A stretch of DNA of 64,000 bases from Bacteroidales bacterium (GCA_045640985.1 JAZUFZ010000017.1:18125-82124), one strand, 5' to 3'. Positions 29,923-39,614 are shown, numbered from the stretch's first letter. The notes: generated by a model not told the origin, from the sequence alone. Numbers and translations are program-made.

Positions 29923-30041
29923 GGTAACTCCCTTCTATCTTCTTTTTATCTCCATATTAACTTCTTTTTATCTCCTTTCCTTAGAATAAGAGATAGAAAA
30001 AAGATAAACTGGAGATAAAAAGAAGATAGAAGGGAGTTACC
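29923..30041. repeat. 119-bp palindromic intergenic element, copy 2
   Basis: Perfect 31-bp terminal inverted repeats, GGTAACTCCCTTCTATCTTCTTTTTATCTCC and its reverse complement. The first 38 nt are identical to copy 1 (1008..). It lies between convergent genes. Confidence 0.9.
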
Positions 30042-30131
30042 ACTTACAAATGACTATATTACAGCAGAAAAAAATCTGCTTCTTTACAAGAGCAATTAAC
30101 CGATTAATTCATTTCGACGGGTATTTATCCC

Positions 30132-31418
30132 CTATTCTCGTGTCGCTTTCTTCATCGTGACGACATGCACCAGCCGCATACGGTAGTCACTCCGTACACT
30201 ACCGGCATTTGATATCGTAGTACCTGACCTGAATGAAAAGGTCTTGGTGCCGTTTTCACAGAGATAGCGGGCAGTTTCGCCCCCATCCTCTATGAGCAGC
30301 TCAGCAGCATTCAGGGAACGAAAAACCTGATTGAGTTCTGCTATATTCTGCTCGTTGTACAGGGATTTCAATCGCTGGGCCTCCGCTTTCGAAGGAATCC
30401 TCCAAGATTCGATTTCCCCTTCAATATAATTCTCTGCCAGTGATAAGGCGTATTCCGGATTGTCTGCATTATTGGCGGAAGGCAGGTCTCCCCAATCCCA
30501 TAAACTCATCAGCATCACTTCTGCCTTTCCGGGTGCTATAGAATCCACCATCACGACCACATGTCCCTGCCAGACCTCGCCGGCTACAGGAAATTCCTCT
30601 ACCCATACGCCTGATGAGTCTTCATCTATCGGAATGACTATAGTATCGCTCTGTATCAAGGATTCAAGATGAGTATAGGAGCCACACAACTGATAATATT
30701 GCGCACTCAGCAAAGGGTTGGGACAGGTTATTCCAAAGATATTTTCTCCTTCCGCACCTTCCGAAACAACTGTGAAACGAAACTGATTATCCACTGAAGG
30801 CAGCACCCACACGGGGACGGATTTCCAGACATCGCCTTCCCGACGCAAAGAAATGCTGACAGTCTCTGCTCCACTACCCCGTCCGCACATAGCGACCCCG
30901 CCATACAGATATCCTAACGAAACCTCCAGCGAAGAGACCGCATCGGGAACGTCTCGCAGGGATATTTCCAGATTAGCGGTCTGTGGCGTTAATGCCAGAG
31001 ATAATGTTGTCATGACATCATGTATTGTAAAAGTGGCCATTCCCATCATCAAGGGGTTCTGCGCTATGGCCTCATGAGCCTGGCCATAGCGTGGCGTGAT
31101 GACGGAATAAAGCGTGGGATTCTCGAGTATATCAAAATCCTCATTCTCTGCTACCGCAACCACATGGTAGTTCTCAAGTGTTTTCAACTGGAAATACAGT
31201 ATCTGCGAAGGGGCTGAAGCTTTCTTGGATTCGAGTAATTCGCCGTTCTCTCCAAACACAAACACCGCTACCGGATATGTCAGTCCTGCTTCTGCGTAAG
31301 TATAGACCTTCACTCCTAACGTGGTATCCTGAGACATACCTCCACTCTCTGGATGGCATCCTTCCAGCCCTAACACTGCACAGCATAGTATCAGTATTTT
31401 AATAAAGTATTTTCTCAT
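30132..31418 (-). CDS. hypothetical lipoprotein
   Basis: Lipobox ...CCAVLGLEGC. The C-terminal region carries W-R-I-P-S-K-A-E, reminiscent of DUF1566/FISUMP-type domains (weak). Confidence 0.75.
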   Translation of the reverse strand: MRKYFIKILILCCAVLGLEGCHPESGGMSQDTTLGVKVYTYAEAGLTYPVAVFVFGENGELLESKKASAPSQILYFQLKTLENYHVVAVAENEDFDILENPTLYSVITPRYGQAHEAIAQNPLMMGMATFTIHDVMTTLSLALTPQTANLEISLRDVPDAVSSLEVSLGYLYGGVAMCGRGSGAETVSISLRREGDVWKSVPVWVLPSVDNQFRFTVVSEGAEGENIFGITCPNPLLSAQYYQLCGSYTHLESLIQSDTIVIPIDEDSSGVWVEEFPVAGEVWQGHVVVMVDSIAPGKAEVMLMSLWDWGDLPSANNADNPEYALSLAENYIEGEIESWRIPSKAEAQRLKSLYNEQNIAELNQVFRSLNAAELLIEDGGETARYLCENGTKTFSFRSGTTISNAGSVRSDYRMRLVHVVTMKKATRE

Positions 31419-31440
31419 TCTACCACTTGAATTTTACAAA

Positions 31441-31472
31441 TAATTCCCCGATAGGTGACCTATGCGGGGAAT
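31441..31472 (-). terminator. candidate terminator hairpin downstream of the skp genes
   Basis: AATTCCCCGATAGGT-G-ACCTATGCGGGGAATT near-perfect inverted repeat, 26 nt after the stop at 31498. Confidence 0.45.
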
Positions 31473-31497
31473 TACAGTTTCGGTTGGCAAAAATGTG

Positions 31498-32010
31498 TTA
31501 TTTCAATCCTAACTTCTTCTTTACAAGAGGGAGAATATCATCACTGTCCTGCTGATAAAGCAAGGTACCTACTCCACTGTCAAACACATAAGTGTAGCCA
31601 TTTTCCTTAGCCACCTCTTCTATGGCCTTCTTAGCGCGGTCAATGATAGGCTGGAGAAGAGCCTGCTGACGCTCCTGAAGCTGTGCCTGGGCGTTCTGCT
31701 GGAACTCTTCAATGCGGGTTCCCATATCCTGCAGTTCGCGCTGCTTGGTCTGTTTGATGAGGTCCGACCACTGAGACTGTTTCTCCTGAAACTCATTGTA
31801 GCGCTGTTCAAGTTCTCCCTGCATGGCTTTCAAAGTATTCTCCAACTCGGCAACTTCTGCCTGAAGGGCATTCTGAGCAGAATCTCTTCCTGGCATAATC
31901 TGCATAAGTTCTGTAGAATTTACATGTCCCAGTTTGATGGTTTTCTGTGCCATAGCCGTACCGCTCAGGGCCAACATTGCTATCAAAGCTACGATTAATG
32001 TCTTTTTCAT
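31498..32010 (-). CDS. OmpH/Skp-family periplasmic chaperone
   Basis: Signal peptide, 170 aa, Q/E-rich coiled-coil core, directly downstream of bamA and a second ompH gene. Confidence 0.85.
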   Translation of the reverse strand: MKKTLIVALIAMLALSGTAMAQKTIKLGHVNSTELMQIMPGRDSAQNALQAEVAELENTLKAMQGELEQRYNEFQEKQSQWSDLIKQTKQRELQDMGTRIEEFQQNAQAQLQERQQALLQPIIDRAKKAIEEVAKENGYTYVFDSGVGTLLYQQDSDDILPLVKKKLGLK

Positions 32011-32081
32011 CTCTATTAATTTCCTTTTAATTTATTGTTTTCTAATATTTTGATTATTTCTTTCTTCAGTGAATGATGATG

Positions 32082-32089
32082 CAAAGATA
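32082..32089 (-). promoter_or_regulatory. candidate internal -7 box (TATCTTTG on the minus strand) before the distal skp gene
   Basis: CAAAGATA on the plus strand, 72 nt upstream of the ATG at 32010. Confidence 0.3.
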
Positions 32090-32122
32090 CGCTTTTTTTT
32101 TAATACTGCGTTTTTTTATGCG

Positions 32123-32764
32123 CTATTTACGATTTATCTCGTCGTTGTCCTTTGGCCCTTTGATGCTGTTTTTTCCTGACTGGGCATTTTCTTTGGCTGC
32201 GGCTGCGGCTGCATCCCCGGGCTTACACCCTAAGATTTCCAGTACCTGATCGCTTATATCATATTTTGCATTGGCAAAGATAATGGTGGAAGATGCCGAC
32301 TTGTCAAATACGAAGGCATAACTCTTCTCACTGGCTATGCGTTCTATAGCATTGTAGATTCTGTCCTGTACCGGTTTCAGCAGATCCTCGCGCTTGCGGT
32401 CAAGGTCTCCCCCTGCACCGAAACGCTGACGCTGAAGATCTCTCACCTCCTGCTCTTTGGCTTTGAGTTCCTCCTGACGCCGCTGCCTGAGATTTTCAGG
32501 CAGGAGGTACGCTTCCTGCTGATAGGACTTCCTCAGGTTTTCCAACTCGACATACTTGGCATCGAGTTCCTTCTGCCATTCTTCCGCGAATTTCAGTATC
32601 CGCTTCTGTGCGTTCACATAATCAGGCACATTGGTGGTTACATACTCCGTATTGACACACGCATATTTCTGTGCCGTGGCAACAGCGGGAAATCCTATAC
32701 ACAACACCAAGCCCAACCAAGCGGGAAGTACTGTCTTGAGGATATTTTTCAGGGTTGCTATCAT
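32123..32764 (-). CDS. OmpH/Skp-family periplasmic chaperone (longer paralogue)
   Basis: Signal peptide and a coiled-coil core similar to the downstream gene. Positioned 3 nt after the bamA stop. Confidence 0.82.
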   Translation of the reverse strand: MIATLKNILKTVLPAWLGLVLCIGFPAVATAQKYACVNTEYVTTNVPDYVNAQKRILKFAEEWQKELDAKYVELENLRKSYQQEAYLLPENLRQRRQEELKAKEQEVRDLQRQRFGAGGDLDRKREDLLKPVQDRIYNAIERIASEKSYAFVFDKSASSTIIFANAKYDISDQVLEILGCKPGDAAAAAAKENAQSGKNSIKGPKDNDEINRK

Positions 32765-32767
32765 GAT

Positions 32768-35323
32768 TTAATCTATGCTTTGACCGATACTGAAATGGAA
32801 CTGGCTTCCGCCTTGTGTGCCATCGAAACCATAACCCCAGTCTATACCTATCATACCGAGCATTGGCATATTGAGACGGATGCCCAGTCCGGCAGCGTTA
32901 TACAACTTGAAGGGCTGGAACTCTTTCATGTCTGACCATGCGTTACCGCCTTCGAGGAATCCCAGCACATAAATCGTGGTGGCATTGCTCTCAATGATGG
33001 GCTGACGAAGTTCCAGAGTATAACGGTCGAATACGGAACCACCTGCGTCAGGACTGATGGCGTTATTCTCATATCCTCGCAGAGGTATCACCTCTCTTCC
33101 GTCTATCAGCCATGAAGAGAGACCATCACCACCAACGAAGTAACGTCCGAATGGTGAAAGTCCGATATTCGGGTTATAATAACTCATAAATCCGAAGCGG
33201 AAACGTGCGTTCAGCACTACATCTCCTACGAGATTCAGCATCCACGAACCGCGCATGTTTATCTTGTAATATTCTACCCAACGGTACTTCTCCTGTGCAG
33301 TCGCGCTGCTGAAATCCTTACCACTCAGCAAGGAATAGGGGGGCGTGATGGCTCCCGATATGGAGAGTTCGGAACCGCTTCGCGGATAAATAGGCGAATC
33401 GGTGGAGTTTCTGCTGACTGTAATGGCATACGAAAAGTCGTTTGCCACACCATCTGTAAACAAGCTTCCCGCCAGCTGGGTATAGTTCTGGAGCGTATAA
33501 TGTTTGAACGTGAAGCCATGTGAAAGAATAAAGTAGTCATCAGGCCATTTGAGGCGTTTTGAGAACGATACGCCGGCACCCGTAAGTTTCAGCTTATAAT
33601 ACTCGGGATCATCTTTATCACAGAAATATCCGTTGCTGAACAGATTGTGATAGACCGACACACTCAACGCATGAGCGCTCTTACCGCCAAGCCAAGGTTC
33701 AGTGAAAGATCCGTTGATGGCGTAATAGTAGGAGCCGTTCGATACGACGTTTATACCCAGTTTCTGACCATCACCCATCGGTATAGGACTCCAGGCCTCT
33801 TTGTCGAACACCTTACTTGCAGCAAAATTCATCAGCTGTACACCAACCTGACCTACGAACATCTTGTTGCCGTATCCGCCCTGGAGCTGAAGCTGACTTG
33901 TATTGCCCTCTTCCACCTTATAAACGATATCTACCGTACCGTCATTCTTGTTGGGTCGCACATCCGGCTGAAGTGACTCTTCCTTGAAGAAGCCCAATGC
34001 CCGCAATTCTCGCAGACTGCGCATGACTGCGTCACGGCTGAACAGATCTCCCGGACGGGAATACAGTTCGCGCATGATAACCTTATCATTGGTGGTAGTA
34101 TTGCCTTCAATCCATACATTACGCACACGCGCCTGCTTGCCTTCCACTATGCGGATTTCTATATCTATGGAATCGTTCTCCACAGCCACCTCTACAGGAT
34201 TTGCTTCAAAGAACAGGTATCCATTATCCATATACATGGAGGTGACGTCCGTTCCGCTGGGGTTATAAGTCAGATTCGTTTCCAGCGTGGTTTTATTGTA
34301 GGGGTCACCTTTGGAGATTCGCAGGTGATTCAACAAATCCTCGGAGGTATAAATGGTATTTCCTGCAAAGGTAATGTTTCGGAAATAGAATTTGTCGCCT
34401 TCATGAACTTTCACCTTTACCTTCAGACGATCCTGCTTTGCCTTCTTCTTGGCACTGAGATTCAGGTCCTCCTGAGGTACCTGCCATACAGTGTCCATCA
34501 CAATGCGGGCATCACGATAACCGAGTTCGTTGTAGTAATCAATTATCGAGTTCAGATCTTCTGACAGGTCGGCTTCGTTATACTTTGATTTCTTCCAGAA
34601 ACCGCTTGTCCAGAAATAAAGTTTCTTCCCATAATGCACATCATGGGTTTTCTTCATCTTCTTGATGAGCTTGTTATAGGCCACCTGTTCATTCCCCTCA
34701 AAAATCAAGGAATCTATCTTTACCTTCTTGCCGGGCTTTACGTTGTATGTCACTATAACGCGGTCTGTTTTACCATTGGTAGTATCCTGCGTAAGAGCCG
34801 TTTCTACTTCCACATTGGTAAATCCCTTTTCCATGTAATAGCTCTTGATACTGTTCTTGGAAGTGGTAAGCATATTTTCAGTTACGACATCCCCAGCCTT
34901 CACATTCATATCATTGCGAAGTTTTTCATCATCACCTTTTCGGGTACCTTTCAACTCAAACTTCGATAGTTTGGGACGTTCCACCAATATGATTTTCAGA
35001 AATGCCTTGCCGTCCTGGATGCGTGTAAGATTGATTCTCACATCCTCAAAAAGGCCCTGTGCCCAGAGATTGTCGATAGCTGTGATGATTTTGTCGCCTG
35101 GGATTTTCACCACATCACCTACCTGCAGTCCAGCCACCAGCAACACCATACGCGTATCAAAATGGTCGGCTCCCTCAAAAGTGATACCGCCAATCTCATA
35201 CGTCTTAGGGGTAAGATAATCAATATCATAGTACTGCTCATCGCCTATTCTTATCTGTGCCATGGTGACACACGGTATTGCCATAAGCAGCGTTGCAATT
35301 ATCAGATATATTTTATGTTTCAT
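32768..35323 (-). CDS. bamA: outer membrane protein assembly factor BamA
   Basis: 851 aa. Signal peptide, POTRA-like repeats and a C-terminal beta-barrel ending ...FHFSIGQSID. Conserved uppS-bamA-skp synteny. Confidence 0.9.
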   Translation of the reverse strand: MKHKIYLIIATLLMAIPCVTMAQIRIGDEQYYDIDYLTPKTYEIGGITFEGADHFDTRMVLLVAGLQVGDVVKIPGDKIITAIDNLWAQGLFEDVRINLTRIQDGKAFLKIILVERPKLSKFELKGTRKGDDEKLRNDMNVKAGDVVTENMLTTSKNSIKSYYMEKGFTNVEVETALTQDTTNGKTDRVIVTYNVKPGKKVKIDSLIFEGNEQVAYNKLIKKMKKTHDVHYGKKLYFWTSGFWKKSKYNEADLSEDLNSIIDYYNELGYRDARIVMDTVWQVPQEDLNLSAKKKAKQDRLKVKVKVHEGDKFYFRNITFAGNTIYTSEDLLNHLRISKGDPYNKTTLETNLTYNPSGTDVTSMYMDNGYLFFEANPVEVAVENDSIDIEIRIVEGKQARVRNVWIEGNTTTNDKVIMRELYSRPGDLFSRDAVMRSLRELRALGFFKEESLQPDVRPNKNDGTVDIVYKVEEGNTSQLQLQGGYGNKMFVGQVGVQLMNFAASKVFDKEAWSPIPMGDGQKLGINVVSNGSYYYAINGSFTEPWLGGKSAHALSVSVYHNLFSNGYFCDKDDPEYYKLKLTGAGVSFSKRLKWPDDYFILSHGFTFKHYTLQNYTQLAGSLFTDGVANDFSYAITVSRNSTDSPIYPRSGSELSISGAITPPYSLLSGKDFSSATAQEKYRWVEYYKINMRGSWMLNLVGDVVLNARFRFGFMSYYNPNIGLSPFGRYFVGGDGLSSWLIDGREVIPLRGYENNAISPDAGGSVFDRYTLELRQPIIESNATTIYVLGFLEGGNAWSDMKEFQPFKLYNAAGLGIRLNMPMLGMIGIDWGYGFDGTQGGSQFHFSIGQSID

Positions 35324-35357
35324 GCGTCAATAGGTGAGGTTTATCTTATTAATAACT

Positions 35358-35365
35358 CAAAAGTA
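35358..35365 (-). promoter_or_regulatory. candidate -7 box (TACTTTTG on the minus strand) upstream of bamA
   Basis: CAAAAGTA on the plus strand, 35 nt upstream of the ATG at 35323. Confidence 0.3.
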
Positions 35366-35395
35366 TATAAAATATTGCGTACCTCGTGAAAAAAA

Positions 35396-36178
35396 TTATT
35401 TTTTCACTTGTTCACCTGTTTTTCCGAACCGACGCTGGCGACTTTGATAATCTGCTATAGCCTGATAAAAATCTTCTCTACGGAAGTCCGGCCACAGCAT
35501 ATCGCTGAAATAAAATTCGGTATATGCCATCTGCCACAGAAGGAAGTTGCTTACCCGCAATTCTCCGCCTGTACGTATCAGCAGGTCAGGATCAGGATAG
35601 TTTCGGGTGCTTAAATAGTTCCGTAAGGTCTCCTCCCCTATCTCTTCGGGATTGAGTCTGCCCTCTTTGCAGTCAAGTCCTATCTGACGCAATGCTTCCG
35701 CTGTTTCCCAACGGGCACTGTAACTCAGTGCCAGTATCAGCGTCATGGCTGTATTGCCGGAGGTCTCGTCAATACATTCCTGCAGTTTCTCACGTGAACG
35801 CTGTGGAATACGGTTTATATCTCCTATGGTGGCCAGTTTCACGTTGTTGTCCATCAGAGTCTTTGTCTCCTCCTTCACTGCCTTGATCAGCAGTTCCATC
35901 AGTCCGTTCACCTCTTCCTGCGGACGGTTCCAGTTTTCGGTACTGAAGGTATAAAGCGTAAGATATTTCACGCCGCACGCCACGGCAGCCTCTACGGCCT
36001 GTCTTACTGCCGTGAAAGCATGTTGATGGCCAAAAAGGCGTATCTGCTGCTGTTTCTGTGCCCAGCGCCCGTTGCCGTCCATAATGATAGCCACATGCTG
36101 GGGTACTCTTGTTTTGTCTATCTCTTCTAATGTCATATTCTTGTTTCGGATGGGAAATCTTCCCTGTTTAATGTTCAC
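35396..36178 (-). CDS. uppS: isoprenyl transferase (undecaprenyl-diphosphate synthase)
   Basis: HVAIIMDGNGRWA and RTGGE.R.SNFLLWQ.AY.E motifs. The alternative start at ATG 36136 (MTLEEIDK...) would avoid the 11-nt overlap with the upstream gene. Confidence 0.9.
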   Translation of the reverse strand: MNIKQGRFPIRNKNMTLEEIDKTRVPQHVAIIMDGNGRWAQKQQQIRLFGHQHAFTAVRQAVEAAVACGVKYLTLYTFSTENWNRPQEEVNGLMELLIKAVKEETKTLMDNNVKLATIGDINRIPQRSREKLQECIDETSGNTAMTLILALSYSARWETAEALRQIGLDCKEGRLNPEEIGEETLRNYLSTRNYPDPDLLIRTGGELRVSNFLLWQMAYTEFYFSDMLWPDFRREDFYQAIADYQSRQRRFGKTGEQVKK

Positions 36179-37022
36179 AACGTTTTTTCAGCATCCAGTG
36201 GAGCAGATATTCCATGCTCACATTCACACTCACGTTCATATACGCATACCAGTCGTTGAGCGAATCGTCTCCACGTTTGAGACCTACTGCATGATGACTG
36301 TCTGCCTTTGCGCCCGTAGCCGGGGCAGGGTCTGCCAGAGCTGCGGCTTCAGAAGAAAGCAGCCACGGCTCTACATAGGTCGTACTCACGTCATCAATAT
36401 AGTCGGTCCACGTCTTTCTGTAGCCGTATTCTACTGCCAGCACCAGATATTTGGAGGGCCGGTATTTCACACCCAAGCCGAAAGGAAGCATCGCCTGCAG
36501 ACGGCCATACAATTCCCTGTCAGGATATTGTGCCAGTCCCTGTCCTTCCGTTCCGAGGGGCTGAAGTTCCACCCAGTCCGTGATGCCGGTAGCAGGGTCA
36601 GTATATTGCGCCATCGGGTTGAAATGGAACAAACCAAGACCGCCGAACAAGAACGGACACCAGCACGCCTGTCGTCCCGACATTCCAAACGGAAGGAAAT
36701 TGAACTCTACCCTGAAGGAGGCCTCCCATATATCCGACCTGAAATAGAGGTTGCGGCTTGGTATCACGTCCGGATTTCCCCCTTCCAGCTTGCCTAATGC
36801 GCCATTTACCAGAACAGCCCACCGGTCGTTGAATTTATAGCGGAAATGGGCTCCGTATGCCAGATGGACTTTCCCGAACATGCTCTGATTGTTGAGGTCG
36901 CCAAGATAGTTGGTGCCTCCGATATCCAGTCCCAGCTCCTGATGGGCAAACTTCGACTGTCCCATCACCCCTTGCGAAAGCAACAGCAGCAGAACCAATA
37001 TCGATATCAGCAATCTTCGCAT
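36168..37022 (-). CDS. DUF6089-like outer-membrane beta-barrel protein
   Basis: Signal peptide then ELGLDIGGTNYLGDLN. Alternating beta-strand pattern. Usual position upstream of uppS in Bacteroidota. Confidence 0.65.
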   Translation of the reverse strand: MRRLLISILVLLLLLSQGVMGQSKFAHQELGLDIGGTNYLGDLNNQSMFGKVHLAYGAHFRYKFNDRWAVLVNGALGKLEGGNPDVIPSRNLYFRSDIWEASFRVEFNFLPFGMSGRQACWCPFLFGGLGLFHFNPMAQYTDPATGITDWVELQPLGTEGQGLAQYPDRELYGRLQAMLPFGLGVKYRPSKYLVLAVEYGYRKTWTDYIDDVSTTYVEPWLLSSEAAALADPAPATGAKADSHHAVGLKRGDDSLNDWYAYMNVSVNVSMEYLLHWMLKKRCEH

Positions 37023-37025
37023 GAT

Positions 37026-38036
37026 TTATTTTTCTTTCTCAAATGCTATGGAGTGACACACACTTTCTACCTGCATCAGATAGTCCCGCTTGTCAAAACG
37101 GGGACAGTAGGTATATGCACAAAGCATGATTACCTGTTTTTTGTCGGGCGAGAGTAAGGTGTAGTTTACGAACGGACCTCCCATAAAATCGCCGAACAGT
37201 CTCCAGCATCCCCGGGTTTCCACACTGAAACTGCTCTGCTGCATATCGGCGGGACGGGTCACGAAGTTCATTCTGCGTTCCGTGCCCATATAACTGCTGT
37301 CGGCAGGACCGCCCACCTGACGCATCATCGTATCCAGCTGATCGAGGATGAACTTCTCTTCAAACTGGCCCTGCTGCGTGTAGGGCATTACCTTTACAAG
37401 CACTCCGATACTGAAATCCTTTGCCTCTTTTCTCACCCACGCAAAGTCTTCCGAAGGATGGGCCACGTTTGCCATACGGAACTCATTTGAAAATGCCAGA
37501 TCAAAGCCGAACTGCTTCCTGATGGCGTCCCGCAGTTCATATCCCGACTGCCCGTTATAGGCTTTGATGATTCGGGCATGTTCTGCCCTATAGACCTCTT
37601 GAAGAATCCGGTCATAATATTTTATCAGCAGCGTATCCAGTGAAGCTCTGTCCTTTACGGCAAAATCAAACACTATCTGCGGAGCTGCCCAGGCGTCCCG
37701 ATGCATATATACCTTGTTCGGGTTTTCGGGGTTGATATCCAGTTTCAGCACATTTCTGTGTACTCTGAACATCTCTGAATTGTTGAACGAAGATACCGGG
37801 ATATTCACCACATCGAACTTCGGTTCATTGTTCATAAACCCTGGCTGAGGACCGCGGAAAAGCGAATCTATCAGATCTTTTACGTCACCGTTATAGACCT
37901 CGTGGTCTGCCACAAGCAGAATTTCTAATGTCTTTCCGGAAGAGCCCTTCTTCTCAAGTTCTTTTTTCTCGTTTCCGCCACATGCTGCTACCATGACAGC
38001 CAGCGTCAGCACAGATATTAATGTTCTTATCTTCAT
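37026..38036 (-). CDS. lipoprotein, DUF4837-like (hypothetical)
   Basis: Lipobox LAVMVAACGG. The family assignment is from memory only. Confidence 0.55.
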   Translation of the reverse strand: MKIRTLISVLTLAVMVAACGGNEKKELEKKGSSGKTLEILLVADHEVYNGDVKDLIDSLFRGPQPGFMNNEPKFDVVNIPVSSFNNSEMFRVHRNVLKLDINPENPNKVYMHRDAWAAPQIVFDFAVKDRASLDTLLIKYYDRILQEVYRAEHARIIKAYNGQSGYELRDAIRKQFGFDLAFSNEFRMANVAHPSEDFAWVRKEAKDFSIGVLVKVMPYTQQGQFEEKFILDQLDTMMRQVGGPADSSYMGTERRMNFVTRPADMQQSSFSVETRGCWRLFGDFMGGPFVNYTLLSPDKKQVIMLCAYTYCPRFDKRDYLMQVESVCHSIAFEKEK

Positions 38037-38164
38037 TTTGTACAGATTAATCTTTATTTATATGGCTTTCTTCAACAGATTTTGAGGTTCCGGAGTGGTT
38101 CTCGCGCAGCGTTGCAAAGCAAAAACACCCAATATAGAACCCTACATAATAACGCAGTTTGTGT

Positions 38165-39148
38165 TTATTTATTGTGTCGTTTTCCACATTGATACGCAAA
38201 AAAATCTTCAATGGCTCTGCCTATCGGAGTCTGGGGCATGTGAAGTTCTCTGACGGCACGGCTGCTGTCATAATATTCCCTCACCATCAGCTGCCGTACG
38301 TTGCGTGTAGAGAGCTGGGTACGTATGCCCGTTCTGCGCAGCAGATCGCCAATTCTGCCAGCCAGCCCCACCAGTCCGTCAGGCAAGGTAACAAGATACT
38401 GCCTGTAGCCTCCTTTTTCCGCCTCCAAGGCGTAAAACTCCTTCAACGAGAGATTCTCCCCCGCCGCGATATATCGGGCACCGGAACGGCCCATTTGAAG
38501 CCCGTTTACGGTAGCGTGGGCCACATCCGCCACATGCACGAAACTCTTTCCTCCCCCAGGGGCTGCCATCAAAGGCTTCCTGTAAGCCGCCAGCAGCAGC
38601 GCCCCGCTGCTCGGCTTCTCGTCATACGCTCCTATCATGAAACCGGGATTTATAATGACTATATGCTTCTCCGGCAGTCTTCCGGCGGCCTCCTGAAGAA
38701 TCTTCTCCCCTTCCCGTTTGCTGAGAGCATAATAAGATTCCGTAAAAGGAAACTCTATCGGAGACGCTTCCGTAGCCGCACAATCTGCGGTTCCGTACCC
38801 TATCGTGTTCGCCGTGCTTACATGCACCAGACTTCTGAGTGAATCTCGTTCCTCCAACAGTTGTACCAGATTCTTACAGATATCTCTGTTCATAGGCTCA
38901 TAATCCTCCTGATGCAGCAGAGCCATATCGGTAGTACCGGCACAATTTATCACAGCCTCACATCCCTCCGAGACCTCAAGGATATGGTTCCAGGTCAGAC
39001 TTGCCTCTCTGATCGTAAGCCTCGGATGACGTATCTTCAGTTTTGAAGCCTGGCGCAGCAACGCCACTACCTCATGGTTTTCTTCCAGAAGAATGCGCAG
39101 CACATTATGACCTAAAAGCCCGGAGGACCCTAAGAGCAGAACTTTCAT
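38165..39148 (-). CDS. NAD-dependent epimerase/dehydratase (extended SDR) family protein
   Basis: N-terminal Rossmann motif MKVLLLGSSGLLGHNV and YALSK (YxxxK). Confidence 0.82.
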   Translation of the reverse strand: MKVLLLGSSGLLGHNVLRILLEENHEVVALLRQASKLKIRHPRLTIREASLTWNHILEVSEGCEAVINCAGTTDMALLHQEDYEPMNRDICKNLVQLLEERDSLRSLVHVSTANTIGYGTADCAATEASPIEFPFTESYYALSKREGEKILQEAAGRLPEKHIVIINPGFMIGAYDEKPSSGALLLAAYRKPLMAAPGGGKSFVHVADVAHATVNGLQMGRSGARYIAAGENLSLKEFYALEAEKGGYRQYLVTLPDGLVGLAGRIGDLLRRTGIRTQLSTRNVRQLMVREYYDSSRAVRELHMPQTPIGRAIEDFFAYQCGKRHNK

Positions 39149-39251
39149 ACGAGGAAAATTGATTTTTTTATTGTGTCCGACATCTCAAATGCAGCATCTT
39201 TCTATTGTGAGCCAGCCGTTTAACTGGTAATGGATATATATATCTTCTATG

Positions 39252-39259
39252 CAAAGATA
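39252..39259 (-). promoter_or_regulatory. candidate -7 box (TATCTTTG on the minus strand) for the SDR gene
   Basis: CAAAGATA on the plus strand, ~104 nt upstream of the ATG at 39148. Confidence 0.3.
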
Positions 39260-39363
39260 CAAAAGTCGAGCGAAATGGCAAAAATTTATTGATTTTTCAA
39301 AAAAATGCGTAGATCACAGTCATGATTGTCATACGTTCCCGCTCTGCCGCGTGACACCTCCCC

Positions 39364-39458
39364 GGTAAGGCCGTAGCTGCGGTGTGGTTCTGGTGTCCCG
39401 CAGAGGGACGGAAGAGGGAGATACCAGAGAGATACCAGGGAGATACCCCAGAGTTACC
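39364..39458. repeat. degenerate member of the GGTAAC...GAGTTACC palindrome family
   Basis: The right arm has GAGATA/GAGTTA at 39418, 39429, 39440 and 39451 (11-bp period) and ends in GAGTTACC. The left arm GGTAAGG...GGTGTGGTTCTGGTGTCCC is only loosely complementary. Confidence 0.6.
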
Positions 39459-39550
39459 AGCCGGACAGAGACGATATCAACATCTACGCAAGATATGATA
39501 AACCGGTTTTTTACGGCATTTTCGCTATTCTATTGATTCATAGCAAGAAT

Positions 39551-39614
39551 CATCCGACGTTCATCCGACAGAAACCGACATCAATGTCGGTTCATGTCGG
39601 ATGAATGTCGGATG
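39551..39614. repeat. 64-bp imperfect palindrome built from 3 x 11-bp CATCCGAC-type units per arm
   Basis: Left arm CATCCGACGTTCATCCGACAGAAACCGACAT. The reverse complement of the right arm is CATCCGACATTCATCCGACATGAACCGACAT. Units start at 39551, 39562 and 39573. 2-nt loop. Confidence 0.85.

Noticed and set aside
36072-36797. 241-aa plus-strand ORF (and 38159..38842 plus) overlapping the DUF6089-like and SDR genes
   Set aside because: These are antisense to minus-strand genes that carry a signal peptide with beta-barrel pattern and a Rossmann motif respectively. The plus-strand translations are Arg/His/Cys-rich with no features.
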